DNA of 60,294 bases, counting the filler, from an uncultured virus (IMG/VR IMGVR_UViG_2049941000_000903) (lineage: Duplodnaviria; Heunggongvirae; Uroviricota; Caudoviricetes). It is 14 parts of one record of this genome, joined end to end, with 100 filler letters (N's around TTAATTAATTAA, not from the genome) between each part and the next. Parts side by side here need not be neighbours in the genome. Positions count along the whole stretch, not along the records: positions 36,583 to 39,684 come from IMGVR_UViG_2049941000_000903; positions 39,785 to 41,070 come from IMGVR_UViG_2049941000_000903; positions 41,171 to 41,374 come from IMGVR_UViG_2049941000_000903; positions 41,475 to 46,101 come from IMGVR_UViG_2049941000_000903; positions 46,202 to 52,745 come from IMGVR_UViG_2049941000_000903; 9 more parts are not named here. One strand, written 5' to 3'. The notes below the pieces were generated by a model. It ran no database searches. It was not told where the DNA came from and worked only from the letters and a program-made list of their open reading frames with translations. Below are positions 39,585-52,845 of the stretch, piece after piece (position 1 is the stretch's first letter; each line of letters opens with the position of its first letter). The translations under genes and the position numbers were made by a program.

Positions 39585-39783
39585 NNNNNNNNNNNNNNNN
39601 GCTGCTTCACGGCAATAAGACATTCGATGATCATAGCATGTGGCCCAAGGATATGTCCGAATCCGAGAAGGAACAGCTTACTCANNNNNNNNNNNNNNNN
39701 NNNNNNNNNNNNNNNNNNNNNNNNNNNNTTAATTAATTAANNNNNNNNNNNNNNNNNNNNNNNNNNNNNNNNNNNNNNNNNNN

Positions 39784-40124
39784 NCAGGATAGTAGCAGCA
39801 TATACGGGAGAAACGGAGTACTACGCCAAGCAGGTGTACTTCAAAGCCCTTGCAAATCCTGGTATCTTCTTCGTTGTAACAAAGGATTCCGCTACCGGTA
39901 AGATTATGAAGATGGTCAGGAGTACAGCCGATCTCAGTATAGACGAGATGAGAAAAGCCATTTCAAACTTTCACTGGTGGGTACTTCAGACATTTGATGG
40001 ACGGCTTGTACTACCGGAAGCAACGATAGAAGATGACGGAACTGTAACATTTCGCTCCGAAGCGGAGAAGGAAGGTCTTGCAAAGGCTGATATAGAAGCG
40101 TCGAAAGCAGAAATATATATGTGA
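39784..40124 (+). CDS. NinB-like protein, partial
   Basis: RSTADLSIDEM...LP motif. Confidence 0.5.
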
Positions 40125-40125
40125 T

Positions 40126-40287
40126 ATGACACAGAAAGAAAAGGACATGATAAAAAGAGACATCAGGAATCTCCTGGAAGACTCTTACGAAGATGATTGC
40201 AATTCCTATGAACTGGAATTCCGTGACATGCTCGAGAACATTTTGGACAAGTGGGAAGAAATAACTACGATACATCAGAGGAAGTAA
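40126..40287 (+). CDS. 53-aa hypothetical protein
   Basis: Manual translation MTQKEKDMIK... Confidence 0.45.
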   Translation: MTQKEKDMIKRDIRNLLEDSYEDDCNSYELEFRDMLENILDKWEEITTIHQRK

Positions 40288-40288
40288 A

Positions 40289-40317
40289 TAAGGGGTAACC
40301 ATCGCGGCTACCCCTTA
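40289..40317. terminator. Bidirectional hairpin
   Basis: TAAGGGGTAACC-ATCGC-GGCTACCCCTTA between convergent genes. Confidence 0.65.
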
Positions 40318-40408
40318 CTCTTAACACATTAATCTTACACTTATGAATAAAGCTNNNNNNNNNNNNNNNNNNNNNNNNNNNNNNNNNNNNNNNNNNNNNN
40401 NNNNNNNN

Positions 40409-40942
40409 TTGTAGAAGCTAATCAACGATGACGGGTCTTTGAACCTTTGTACGTGCTTTGCCATTGATATGATAGGCAGGTTCCAGAAATACTTGTACGC
40501 CTTGCTGTGTCCTTTATATGGACCACGTGTGACTTCTTCCATATAAGTACCTGGCCATAGCAACTTGAGTCCGTTGATGGCATCTCGTATGGGCTCAATA
40601 GCTGCGAATGGTGACTCGAGGATATTAAGACCCTCCTTTATCATAAGACCTGGCATTGTTACGGACTGTGAGCCTAACTCATTCCTCAATCTATACAACT
40701 GGTACAGGGACATCTGTTCTGCCCAAGACAAGAGCTTATTCTTGTCCTTGTCGTCATCCGGCGGAAGATTTTCAAGCAATCCTATGCTCACAAGGGCTCC
40801 CAGTATAATTGCTGACTCACGAAGAGCTTTCTGCAGATTTGACTTCTCGTAGTCTGTCAGGACATCATGGTTCACATGCCACGAAGCTATCAAACCCTCA
40901 CCGTTACTTACTACGTTCTTTACGAAATCTGATACAAACCTA
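40409..40942 (-). CDS. crAss-like giant virion protein, C-terminal fragment
   Basis: Overlaps 48462-48532; GPYKG motif. Confidence 0.65.
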
Positions 40943-41473
40943 CNNNNNNNNNNCTCGCTATCAAGAACTTTCTCGCGCCTCGCCATAGCAAGAGCAGTCG
41001 CAGATGCAAGATAATCCTCGCCAACCATAAGACCTCCGTATAGCAGGTTCAGGTTAAATACCTTTGCAAGNNNNNNNNNNNNNNNNNNNNNNNNNNNNNN
41101 NNNNNNNNNNNNNNTTAATTAATTAANNNNNNNNNNNNNNNNNNNNNNNNNNNNNNNNNNNNNNNNNNNNATCCCTGCTGCCAGTTGCCTGCTCGAATTT
41201 GTCAAAGGCAACAACGATTTGTTTCTGTATATCATCCGTTGCAGTCCTTGCACGCTTCTTGGCATTACGTACTATTCCGCTGATTGCCTTAAGTACAAGG
41301 TCATTGGTATCAGCCATAGAATGTACCCAACGGGAGAAGATATTTATATCTTTGTCGCCATGGGTAGTCATTTCNNNNNNNNNNNNNNNNNNNNNNNNNN
41401 NNNNNNNNNNNNNNNNNNTTAATTAATTAANNNNNNNNNNNNNNNNNNNNNNNNNNNNNNNNNNNNNNNNNNN

Positions 41474-43331
41474 NGATTAATATAAACGGATGCTTCTGTA
41501 TCTCAACCAGGGGGACTGTCTTTACCTTCGCATCGTTCATAACAGAAGAGAGGCCAAATTGTTCGCGCAAACCATTGGGCAACTCCTTGACATCAATAAC
41601 AGGAACAAGCTTGTCGTCCTGCCAATGATTCATGTAGTAATAATCCACAAACCATTGTGTGTCTCTGTCTCCACGAACGAAATCAGACTCGAGGACATTG
41701 CGCATCCCTTCGCTATAGCCAGCAGTTGCCCACAGGACAGTAACAGGGGCAAGATGACCGAATTCGTACATGCCAAAACGGAATCCGTTTGTGACAAAAT
41801 TATACATATACAAATCCACAGCAAGCTTGCGTATCTCCTCAGAAGGATTATTCAGCAAGTCTGCCCAGTCACTCATAACTGAACTAGTTATCGTAGACGT
41901 AACTGGTCCACCTGGTCTGAAAAGAATTCTGGTCCTATCGGTACCCTTTATCTTCTGCGTTCCCATCAAATTCAGGAAGGAGTTATTGGCAAGAGAAGCC
42001 GCAACCTTATTCTTAGGTTCACCGCCTGAACGAATAACTCTTTTTGCCGTAGATATGTCACGCTTCAGAGTCTTAAGTCGTTCCGGTAGTTCATACACAA
42101 GCTCTTCCCTCCTTGCTTCCAAATCCTGTATAAACTGAGTATTCTGAGACAGCTTCCATGTCAGCATGTCATTTATAATACCTTGAACAGTTCCTTCCTG
42201 CAACGTACGGTAGCTATAACGTGAAGCTAGTCCAAGAAACAAATCAAGCCAGCTACGCCTAGCTTGCGGGAAGAACTGCTGCATCCACTTCATGCACTGG
42301 TCATACATGAGTGAATTCGTTATTCTCACTCTGTGAAGACTACTCTGAGTAGAATCAAATATCTCCCTATCCGTTGCTACCTGATCCATAGGCGCAAAGA
42401 TATTCTCAAGACCGCCTATGCGTACACTAGAGTCTTCGGCAAATACAAGGTCACGTATCTGTTCAATACGATAGTACTTGATAGCTGTCTTTGCCACAGT
42501 GGGACCAACAGTAGCAGTATGTGATTCAGGACGAGTAGCACGCACTACTTCGCTGAGAAGAGAAACCGCAGGCTGCAAATGTATAAATGACCTGAGCAGG
42601 TCCGCTTGGAATTTCTTGTCATCTTCTGCAAGAGAGGAGTAGCTTGACGGAAGAACCTCCTCGTAATCAAGTTCCGTATAACCAGGCAATCTCTTGAGGG
42701 AAAGATATGTCTCCTTTGCATTTATAGCATCCGGTACTCCACCCTCAAGTTCACGTATAATATCTTCCGCTTCTCCTATAAAACCCTTATTATCCCTGGC
42801 CTTGAGCCGCTGCGCCAGTTCAACCATAACAGGCTGATTTAGCATCAGGTGCAGTCTCTTTTTCTTAATGCCCGCCGCTGCAAGGAAGAACGTAAGTTCC
42901 TTTAATTCCTTTGTCTGATTAAGGTAACCGAGAATTGGATTCTTGTTATTATCCACCGCAGACTGCAAGCATTCTGAAATTACATTTGATGCAAACTCAT
43001 CAGCGTCGTACGCCTTTACAGGAAACAAAGTATTAATGTCATTATCACCGAAGAACGTCACATTAAGCCTTTCACCAGATTTGGTCTCGTGCGGTATGTA
43101 ATATAGGTTTGCTCTCTGCAGCATTTGGAATGCCGAACTGTACAGAGCATACACATCAATCAATGATGCTCCGCCCATAACCCTGCGATACGCCTCAATA
43201 GAATATGTCCAAGAATACGGTGATTGCACAGTGCTTATGGCATCGTGAAGGATATTAGCCTGCTTTACAGGAAGCTTGATGATTGACTCGAACAGGTTAT
43301 CCATGTCAATTTTAATTCCTTCAGCCTGCGC
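41474..43331 (-). CDS. crAss-like virion RNA polymerase, post-catalytic fragment
   Basis: SAVDNNKNPILGYLN and LMLNQP motifs. Confidence 0.7.
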
Positions 43332-43572
43332 NNNNNNNNNNTTCAATAGAATATGTCCAAGAATATGGCGATTGCACAGTACTTATGGCATCGTGAAGGA
43401 TATTAGCCTGCTTTACAGGGAGCTTGATAATTGACTCGAACAGGTTATCCATGTCAATTTTAATTCCTTCAGCCTGCGCNNNNNNNNNNAGCACCTACCA
43501 GTTTGTTCCCCGTATAGAGGAACAGGTCAATGTCTTCTTTCCGAGGCTTACCGCTTTTTATNNNNNNNNNNG

Positions 43573-45908
43573 GCATCACTCAATATCGAGCGTAACTCAG
43601 AGTTTTCCCCGACAGATTTTACTATCGAAACAGCCTTTGCAAGCACATCCGTCTCAGCGTTGGAGTTAGGCATTACAGCGCGTCTGGAACCTGCTGGCGA
43701 AGTAAGCTGTGCAATTATAAGCTCCTTCTTGGCATTCTCCCTTGACCGCTTATCCTGCATGTTACCTTCCTCATCTATAACAGGCTTTGAATAGTCATAT
43801 TTAGGAAGGGTAACTTTCTCGTAATCAGCCCGACGAACCTTAAGTTCTTTTCTAAAATCTTTATTAGTGGTAAACTCGTTGACGAAATCATCCTCGGTCA
43901 TGTAAGAATCACTCTTACGAACAGAGTATTCCTTACGACTTCTATATAGTTTACGTATCTTGTCAGTGTGCCATTCTATATCAAAGTCCTTGAAGAAAGC
44001 ATGGACTTCATCTCCATCATGGTCACCTCCATTCATGTTATCAACTTCCTTACAGGTTACCATACCAGAACCACCGATATTAGTGGACATTCCCACTATA
44101 ATACCTGCAGTTACCGAATGTATGTCATCAGAGGGCGTACGTAAGAAGTAGAAGTCAAACAGTTCCCTAGGTAATGTGCCGTCTTCTATCAACGCTTCTA
44201 TACGATACCTGTCAAGCACACCGTTTCTGTCAGCGAATCTTTTAAGCCTCTCGTCAAAGAACGGCATTATAGTTTCAGTACCAATAAGTCTGCGTGTAGC
44301 TCCCTCGCCCCTGAATATAGGCTTTAACGTAGGATTGTATGTAGCAACGCCTTCAAGCGGATTCTCCGGCTTTACGTCGGCAAATGGGGCATAATCATCA
44401 GTAAGACCTACAGGAGAAAGAATATGCAAATGTGCCCCCTTGGTCTTCTGCCTTGTCATTCTCTTACTTATTATTGAGAACAGCATCTGCTCCACCTGAT
44501 GAGCTACGGACAAACTACATAGAGGTATGGCAAATTCTCCATTCTCAAGCAAAGAAAGCGCATACATCATGTCGTCGGAGCTATAACCTTTGTTGGCTAT
44601 TTCTTCCTGGAATATACGCTCCAGTCTGGTCTTATCCGTAATAATATCATTGACCTCATGGTATGCTTCTATTACGCTTGCGGCTTCAAGGTCATCATGC
44701 AAATCACGCCCCCAGGTAGCATCTTTCTCGTACCCATCAATCTCTATCTTATCTCCAGGCATTATGTTTCCATATATAGCCTTAACTGCCTGAGAAGGCA
44801 TTGTAATTGACGTGTTGGCTACTTCATTCGGAATAGTCGCTGCCTTTCCGTAATATTTCCAGTCAATCTTATGCACAAACCTGTTCGGATCTTTGCTTAT
44901 GGAATCAACAAGATACTTCCTAATCTTCTCACCTGTGTCGTAGGTTCTCTTCTGACCGGTTCCAGTGTTCTCAACATGCAGAGGGTCAAGTGGAGAATTG
45001 AACCCAATCTTGACATCTGACTTGAACAGTATGGCATCTATATCTATCTTGTGCTTTTTCTTGAGGTCAGACAGTGCATTGGAGAAGCCTTCCATTACAG
45101 CAGAGCGGGCATGAAGACAATATTTCATAAGCTCCGGTGCAAGAAGCACCATCTCGGAATCTTTGTGCAAGAACGGATTCTTCACAGGTTTCTGCAGACT
45201 TCCGTTTGCAGCAGGTATGTGTTCGAACCCGGCACCCACTAATTTGTTTCCTGTATAGAGGAACAGGTCAATGTCTTCTTTCCGAGGCTTACCGCTTTTT
45301 ATCCTTCTTTCTGCAGCGGCATGCTTTGACGTCCACTCGCCCTGAGCTTTCATAAGCTTTACCTTTGACTCCATGGAACGAAGAGCAATACCGTCAGTAC
45401 TTTTTATTTCAGAATAGGACCTGATGAACTCAGCATGCTGGTATTCAGTTATGACATGCTGTTTGTAGAGCTCATCCGCCATTTCTGTAAGTTCATCAAT
45501 ATACTTCGAACGGACCACATCATCCTCAATATATGCTATATTCTGATGACCGGTAATATACAGCGAACTATGCGGCGCATGCTGGAACATCATACGCTTC
45601 TCCGTCTCAGTAAGACTGGGGAAATGAGCCTCACCACCAGTAAACAGTTTCATTATTTGAACACGTGCATAATATTGGTTCAAACTGAAATCCTGGAAGT
45701 CGGCCATTTCTGAATCAGTAAGTCTATACTTCTCAACAGGAAAACCTTCTGCATCAAGTTCCTGATACGACGTGAAGTAATCAATATTAGGATTACCCTC
45801 AACATGCAAGGAGTACAATTTTGCAAGGTCTCGCTGTACGACCTTATGCAACTGTTCCGCCACAGATGTCATAAGGAACTCGTATGCTTTAGAATCCGGC
45901 AGGGATTC
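43573..45908 (-). CDS. crAss-like virion RNA polymerase catalytic region
   Basis: DG, HKDSE, LRTP and GGDHDGD motifs. Confidence 0.78.
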
Positions 45909-46370
45909 NNNNNNNNNNGTACTTCTCAACAGGAAAACCTTCTGCATCAAGCTCCTGATACGACGTAAAGTAATCAATATTAGGATTACCCTCAACATGC
46001 AAGGAGTACAGTTTTGCTAAGTCTCGCTGTACGACCTTATGCAACTGTTCTGCCACAGATGTCATAAGGAACTCGTATGCTTTAGAATCCGGCAGGGATT
46101 CNNNNNNNNNNNNNNNNNNNNNNNNNNNNNNNNNNNNNNNNNNNNTTAATTAATTAANNNNNNNNNNNNNNNNNNNNNNNNNNNNNNNNNNNNNNNNNNN
46201 NCTGTTCAGAAGTTCTCGGAGCGCTGCCTGAAAGTGCGGATAATACGTCCTTGACAAAATTAGAGTATATAACAAGGTTTGAGATACGAGAAGTTAGCGG
46301 GCTATCCTCTGTACGAGTCATGTAGTACTCATACATCTCATAAGTAGTTATATCCTTTACNNNNNNNNNN

Positions 46371-48162
46371 TTGTTCAGAAGTTCTCGGAGCGCTGCCTGA
46401 AAGTGCTGATAATACGTCCTTGACGAAATTAGAGTATATAACAAGGTTTGAGATACGAGAAGTTAGCGGACTATCCTCGGTACGAGTCATGTAGTACTCA
46501 TACATCTCATAAGTAGTTATATCCTTTACAGGAATACCGGTCTTCTTGGATATCTCGGCACGCATCTCATCACGCTCTGCCCTGGTAGTAGCGGCACCTA
46601 GTATCTTTATAAACGCCTTTTCCGCTTCCTCACCGTCCGTAGTAGCACCAAATGTCCTGAGGCCGTCAAGAAGCCTTCGTACATTTTTACCCCGCACAGT
46701 GAGTAATATACCACGAACAACAGAACCCATGTCGTTACTTCCGACCTTACCAGTAAGTTGCTCACGTATACTTGTCTCTAGAGCACTCTCAGTTGCCTGT
46801 GCAGGACTTGCCTCAGTAGGAACAGCGCCGGTACCTTTCTTCTTGCTCTTCATATTCTTCTTAACAACTTCCTTATCTACCTTATCGGAATTCTCCGACT
46901 CTTCTTCAACACTACCAGGCAAATCCTTTGATATCTTTTCCTGTTTATTGTACGGCTCAAAGCCGTTGCCTGTCCACCTGTAGTAATATATATCTGTACC
47001 CTTAGCCCACAACGCCTGCGCATTACTGGTGATGATACCACCGCTTACAAGCGATGTTATGTTCGAAGTTTCTCCTATGTTCACAGGAAGCTTCTGATTT
47101 GCAATATACTTAAGAAGCCTTTCTTCCGTGAGTGTATCAGAGTTGAACCACCCGCCTGTTCCTTTGTTATTGTTCACCCATACGCGGAGAACATACTCTC
47201 CGTCTTTCTTCTGCATTATACGGAAGATGTAATCATGGATGTCAAGATATCTGCCTAGAGTTTTAACAGCATTGGACAGTCTGGAATTAGCGGCATTCAA
47301 ATCATCTATAGGAGAACCAAGTATCTCAGAACCTACCTTAGCTATATCTTTTATCGCACCACGGATATTCTTGAAAGTTTGGGTATTATACCCAACAGAA
47401 TCCTCCTTTAACGATTCCTGCTTGAAGTGCTCGACATTAAGACGTATAGGTATGCAGTACCCATTCTTACCACGAGCAAGATAATATAAATTACCATGAC
47501 ATTCGTCGTCATCAGACAGATTGGAGAGATATGCCCTATTATACGCAGAGCCTGACAATTGTATCTGGTCTCCGGTCTTGTTTATAAATACAATAGGAGC
47601 ATTCGGATCGTACCCAGGAATGTCTTTAATAGCCTTTTCCTTAACGTATGTCGGAGCTTTACTCTCATCATAAACTACGATACCATTCCTCTTGCTCCAT
47701 ATCGTTGANNNNNNNNNNATACCCATTCTTACCACGAGCAAGATAATATAAATTACCATGACATTCCTCGTCATCAGACAAATTGGAGAGATATGCCCTA
47801 TTATACGCAGAGCCTGACAACTGTATCTGGTCTCCGGTCTTGTTTATAAATACTATAGGGGCATTCGGATCGTACCCAGGAATGTCTTTAATAGCTTTTT
47901 CCTTAGCGTATGTCGGAGCCTTACTCTCATCATAAACTACGATACCATTCCTCTTGCTCCATATCGTTGAGCGGTACGGCTCACCAGTTGCCTCGTTAGT
48001 GAATACGAACACTTTACTTTTGTCTGATTTTTCATACTGAGCAAGTATAGTATCCCTGAGTTCATCTATATTCTCGTACGTCGTCTTGGTAGTATTATGC
48101 CCGAGAGTATTAAGCAGATAAGACTTGCCGTCCTTCACAGTATAGACAAGTATCTGAGGCTT
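46371..48162 (-). CDS. crAss-like large virion/ejection protein fragments
   Basis: Long open fragments with the same composition as the RNAP scaffolds. Confidence 0.5.
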
Positions 48163-48461
48163 NNNNNNNNNNGAAGCCGTTGCCTGTCCACCTGTAATAA
48201 TATATATCTGTACCCTTAGCCCACAACGCCTGAGCATTACTGGTGATGATGCCGCCGCTTACAAGTGATGTTATGTTCGAAGTTTCTCCTATGTCCACAG
48301 GAAGCTTCTGGTTTGCAATATACTTAAGAAGCCTTTCTTCAGTGAGCGTATCGGAGTTGAACCACCCACCTGTTCCTTTGTTATTGTTCACCCATACGCG
48401 AAGAACATACTCTCCGTCTTTCTTCTGCATTATACGGAAGATATAATCATGNNNNNNNNNN

Positions 48462-50015
48462 ATTTACATGCCACGAAGCTATTAGACCCTCACCGTTACT
48501 TACTACGTTCTTTACGAAATCTGATACAAACCTACCAGTTGTCCTCCAGTAACCTTCTTCCCACTCTTCTTTCATAGCGTCATAGTGGGTTCCTGCGTAC
48601 CTCCTCTTCAGTGATGGTGCTATCCACTTGCGATACATTATAATCAAAGCACCAAGTGATGTTGACTGTATAGCACTCTTATCGTCCTGATTATATATAC
48701 CTTGAAGTTCGAAGTTCGTTGCAGCAACTTTGTCAGAAAACTTGTACTCGTCCTCTATGGTTATTGCAGAGCCGTCAAGTTTGGTATATCCAGGCTGTAT
48801 CCCAAGATAGGCGCCAGTCTTATTTACCGGATCTTTGTAATATACTTTGTAAGCATCCCACAGATTAGCTGGTTTTCCTTCGCCATCAAGAACCTTTTCC
48901 CTCCTTGCCATAGCAAGTGCAGTTGCAGATGCAAGATAATCCTCACCAACCATAAGACCTCCGTATAGCAGGTTCAGGTTAAATACCTTTGCAAGCCTGC
49001 TGCGTTTGAACTGGGCATTCTTATACTGCTTTCCGTTCTCCTGCCCAATGTCAAGACGCTCGCGGAACAGGGAGAGCTTATCATCAGTTTCAGAAGCACC
49101 AGTATCAAGCAACCTCTTGCCCATGTGCTCCATCCATTGCTTTGTGGCCCATAGGATATCTTTCATATTGAATGCGCCCTTACCGGCAGCGTGTATAAGG
49201 ATATTTGCCTGACCAACTGATACGTTGGCTATACGCTGGGGCAGGTTAACAGCAAGCTGTGAATAAGAAGTAACTGAATTAATGGTATCAATGGTCTTGC
49301 GCTTGCTTATATTGGTTTTTCCGAATGTACCTTCGTTTCTCCTAAGATGACCATATACGTGCATCATCTTAAAGTCATCAAATACTTTCTGGATGTTTGT
49401 CCTTGATTGAGGCTGAGTATAATCCTCATGGAAAATCAAATCGTCGTTCTGTACAGTCTGTCTCTGAACCTTTGAACCAGCACGCTGCGTAATCTGACGC
49501 TGGGCAGACATATAGCTGGCATTCTCTATCTCGCCAACAATTTCATTCAACTGGTAATATTCATTAGCCATACCAGCGTAAGCAAGAATAGACGATGCAA
49601 CATCATCGGTCATATCATCGTATGTCTCCTTCTTGCCTTTCTTTGTATACAGGATGGGGAGTTTGTCAACCCGGTTTCCCTGGAAGTCAAGTTCTACTTC
49701 ATAGTAATCATAGTCAACGGACTCGGATGTGTCAACCACAGTATTACGAAGAGCTTCCCACATGTATTTAGCCTTTACGCCTATGTCGGAAGCTTCCCTT
49801 GCTTTCTCCATAGCTGTCTTACGGAGCATGACAATCTTCCTTTCTCCAAGTACAGACGGCGGCAATAGCCGGTCTACTTCTTTTTTTATACGCATCATTT
49901 CCAAATAGAAATCTCTCTGCGCATCAGGAAGTTCCCTGGCCTTCTTTTCTGTAATGTACTTTCCGGTACGTACACGCTTGCCGTTCTCTATCTTATACTC
50001 GAACATGAATGACTG
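48462..50015 (-). CDS. crAss-like giant virion protein fragment
   Basis: Over 500 aa open; LQGIYN, MYRKWI and EEGYW motifs. Confidence 0.65.
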
Positions 50016-50146
50016 NNNNNNNNNNGTGGAAAATCAAATCATCGTTCTGTACAGTCTGTCTCTGAATCTTTGAACCGGCACGCTGTGTAATCTGACGCTG
50101 GGCAGACATATAGCTGGCATTCTCTATCTCGCCAACNNNNNNNNNN

Positions 50147-52586
50147 GTCCTTGCTGCCAGTTGCCTTTTCAAACTTATCAAAGGCAACAACAATCTGTTT
50201 CTGTATATCATCAGTTGCAGTCCTTGCACGCTTCTTGGCATTACGTACTATTCCGCTGATTGCTTTGAGCACAAGGTCATTTGTATCAGCCATAGAATGC
50301 ACCCAACGGGAGAAGATATTTATATCTTTGTCGCCATGGGTAGTCATTTCCTGTATTGAAATGTGACGCCCGCGTTCCTTTCCAATGGTTATGTCAAGAC
50401 CGTCTTCACCATAGAAATCAGCCATCGTTCCCTGGAACAGTTGCAGGGAAATAGTGTTCGTCTTATCAAGCAATTCAGCAAGTCTGGCAGTCATCTTGTC
50501 TCTCGCAGACTTGAGTTCCGGAGATTCAGAAAATTCCCCAGATTTAACAGCATCATTGATAATCTTCGTAGCTACCTTATAACTATATATAGTATCAAGT
50601 ATAACTCTTGCTTTCTTGCATATAGAATTGGCGGGCATGGTGCCGACAGCAGAATCAAGACTTTCTTCGGCAGCCTTCAGGAAATCATAAGCATGCCCAA
50701 GATACGTGAGGATTGCAGACGTGGTCTTGTGGTCACGTATTGCAGCTTCAAGCCTGATAATCTGAGCCTCTGTGTTGGATATAGAAGCAGCACTTGCTTT
50801 CTTGGAACTGTAGGCATAACGTTTCTGAAGAATGGAAAGACGCTTAAGCTCATTCTTAAGAAGCATGGTCATCGCATCCTTCTGGTCTGATATATCCTTG
50901 CGTTCTTTGTTAGGCATCTTACCGTCCATGACGATATTATCAAGCGACATTTCATCAGCAAGACGCCCGCTGAGGAGGTCACGTGCCAGTTTGGAAGCAA
51001 TGCCCTCAGAGTCAAGTATGGCGTCATCAATCTGACGTATGCCAATCTTTCTGAGAAGGCTCTTAATGGCATCCACTATACGCCGCACAAGACCCCTTAT
51101 TCCAGAACTTTGAATCTGTTGCTCATACAGTAGCTGTTTCGCTACAATCTTACCTGCTGCCTCTAGAAGCATGTCGTCGGCATTGCCTTCATAATACTTC
51201 ATATACCAGTCATACTGATTTCCAAATGCTTCTCTAAGAGCAGCTTCGTCAGATGCAAGCGCATTAAGCAGCCTACTGACAAGCGGATGCTCACGCCCGA
51301 GCATTTCAACAGCAACGTGCGCAAACTCTTCAGGAAGAGCATATTCTCCAAGTTTACCTTCAGCAAGTCTGATAAGTTCCTTAAGACCTTCAGCGGTAAG
51401 TTTAGCTGTATTGAAGTCGGTAATACCAGCGAGCCTCATTCGTGCCTCAGCCTCAGTAATGACGCCTATTCCAATACCAGCATTCCTCAGTATCTGGCGG
51501 AGTCTCCTATTAAGTTCTACGTAAGCCTTTTGCCTTCTTGCTTCACGTACACTCCATGGAGATATTGGGAATTTCTTGGTCTTTACTTCTCCACCATCCT
51601 CAACGGCTATCTCTACAGAAGGCATTCCTTTCCTTGTCTGTTCCTCATTATAAGCAGCGGCCTCTTCAGGAGTAGGTGTCATACCAGCCCAAGGGTCGTA
51701 CTCAAACGGCATGTCATCAGAATCTGACTCGAGATCTCCGCCAGCTTCTTCCAAATCAGAAAGATTTGTCTGCTCATCTACAGAAGTATCTTCACCGGCA
51801 GCGTACTGCATGCGCTGCTGCTCATATATCTCGTCATAATACTGAGAGTCAATAGGAATATCTATTGCTCCTTCTACAGAGACCGAGAACGAACCAGGAA
51901 TTTCTTCAACATGCTGAGAAAGAACCTCCTCATTATTCGCAGACGCTTTTTCTGCAGCCGCTTCGTGCCTGTTGTTAATACCCTTAAGGCCATTGAGTGT
52001 GGGCCTGTCAACAGCACTAACTGGTGATGCTCCCGCCATCNNNNNNNNNNGCCGAGAACGAACCAGGAATTTCTTCAACATGCTGAGAAAGAACCCCCTC
52101 ATTATTCGCGGACGCTTTTTCTGCAGCTACTTCATGTCTGTTGGTAATACCCTTAAGGTCATTGAGTGTGGGCCTGTCAACAGCACTAACTGGTGATGCT
52201 CCCGCCATCCCAGCAAGAGTCGGTTTGTCTGATACTGCTGAATTGCTCGGCGCCCCAGCCATGCTACCAAGTGTCGGCCTTGAGGAAGCTTCTAGTTTTG
52301 TCTGAGGTTCTGCTGCAGTATTTGCTGCGGCAGCTATTCCAAAACTGGCATCCATGAACTCATCCGCCTTAATCTTTGAAGCATTCTCCTTTTCTGCGGA
52401 AGACATTAAAGGCATAGCATACGCCGGATTAATGAAAGGATTATACTGAACAGTGACCTGCCCCTTCTTACCTTTATATCCAAGCTTAGAATACTTTTTC
52501 AGAGTTGTTTCCCCGGTAATAGACATCTTGACTTTTGCAAGCTCAGTAATTTTTGTCTTTTTCTTTCCCGGATCTTTGATGTCAGA
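50147..52586 (-). CDS. crAss-like giant virion protein fragment with zincin-like LPEEFAH
   Basis: Continuous through the duplicate 51883-52040/52051-52209; EEFAH...EAAGK. Confidence 0.65.
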
Positions 52587-52845
52587 NNNNNNNNNNNNNN
52601 NNNNNNNNNNNNNNNNNNNNNNNNNNNNNNNNNNNNNATAGCTATAACGTGAGGCTAGTCCAAGAGACAAATCAAGCCAGCTACGCCTAGCTTGAGGGAA
52701 GAACTGCTGCATCCACTTCATGCACTGGTCATACATGAGTGAATTNNNNNNNNNNNNNNNNNNNNNNNNNNNNNNNNNNNNNNNNNNNNTTAATTAATTA
52801 ANNNNNNNNNNNNNNNNNNNNNNNNNNNNNNNNNNNNNNNNNNNN

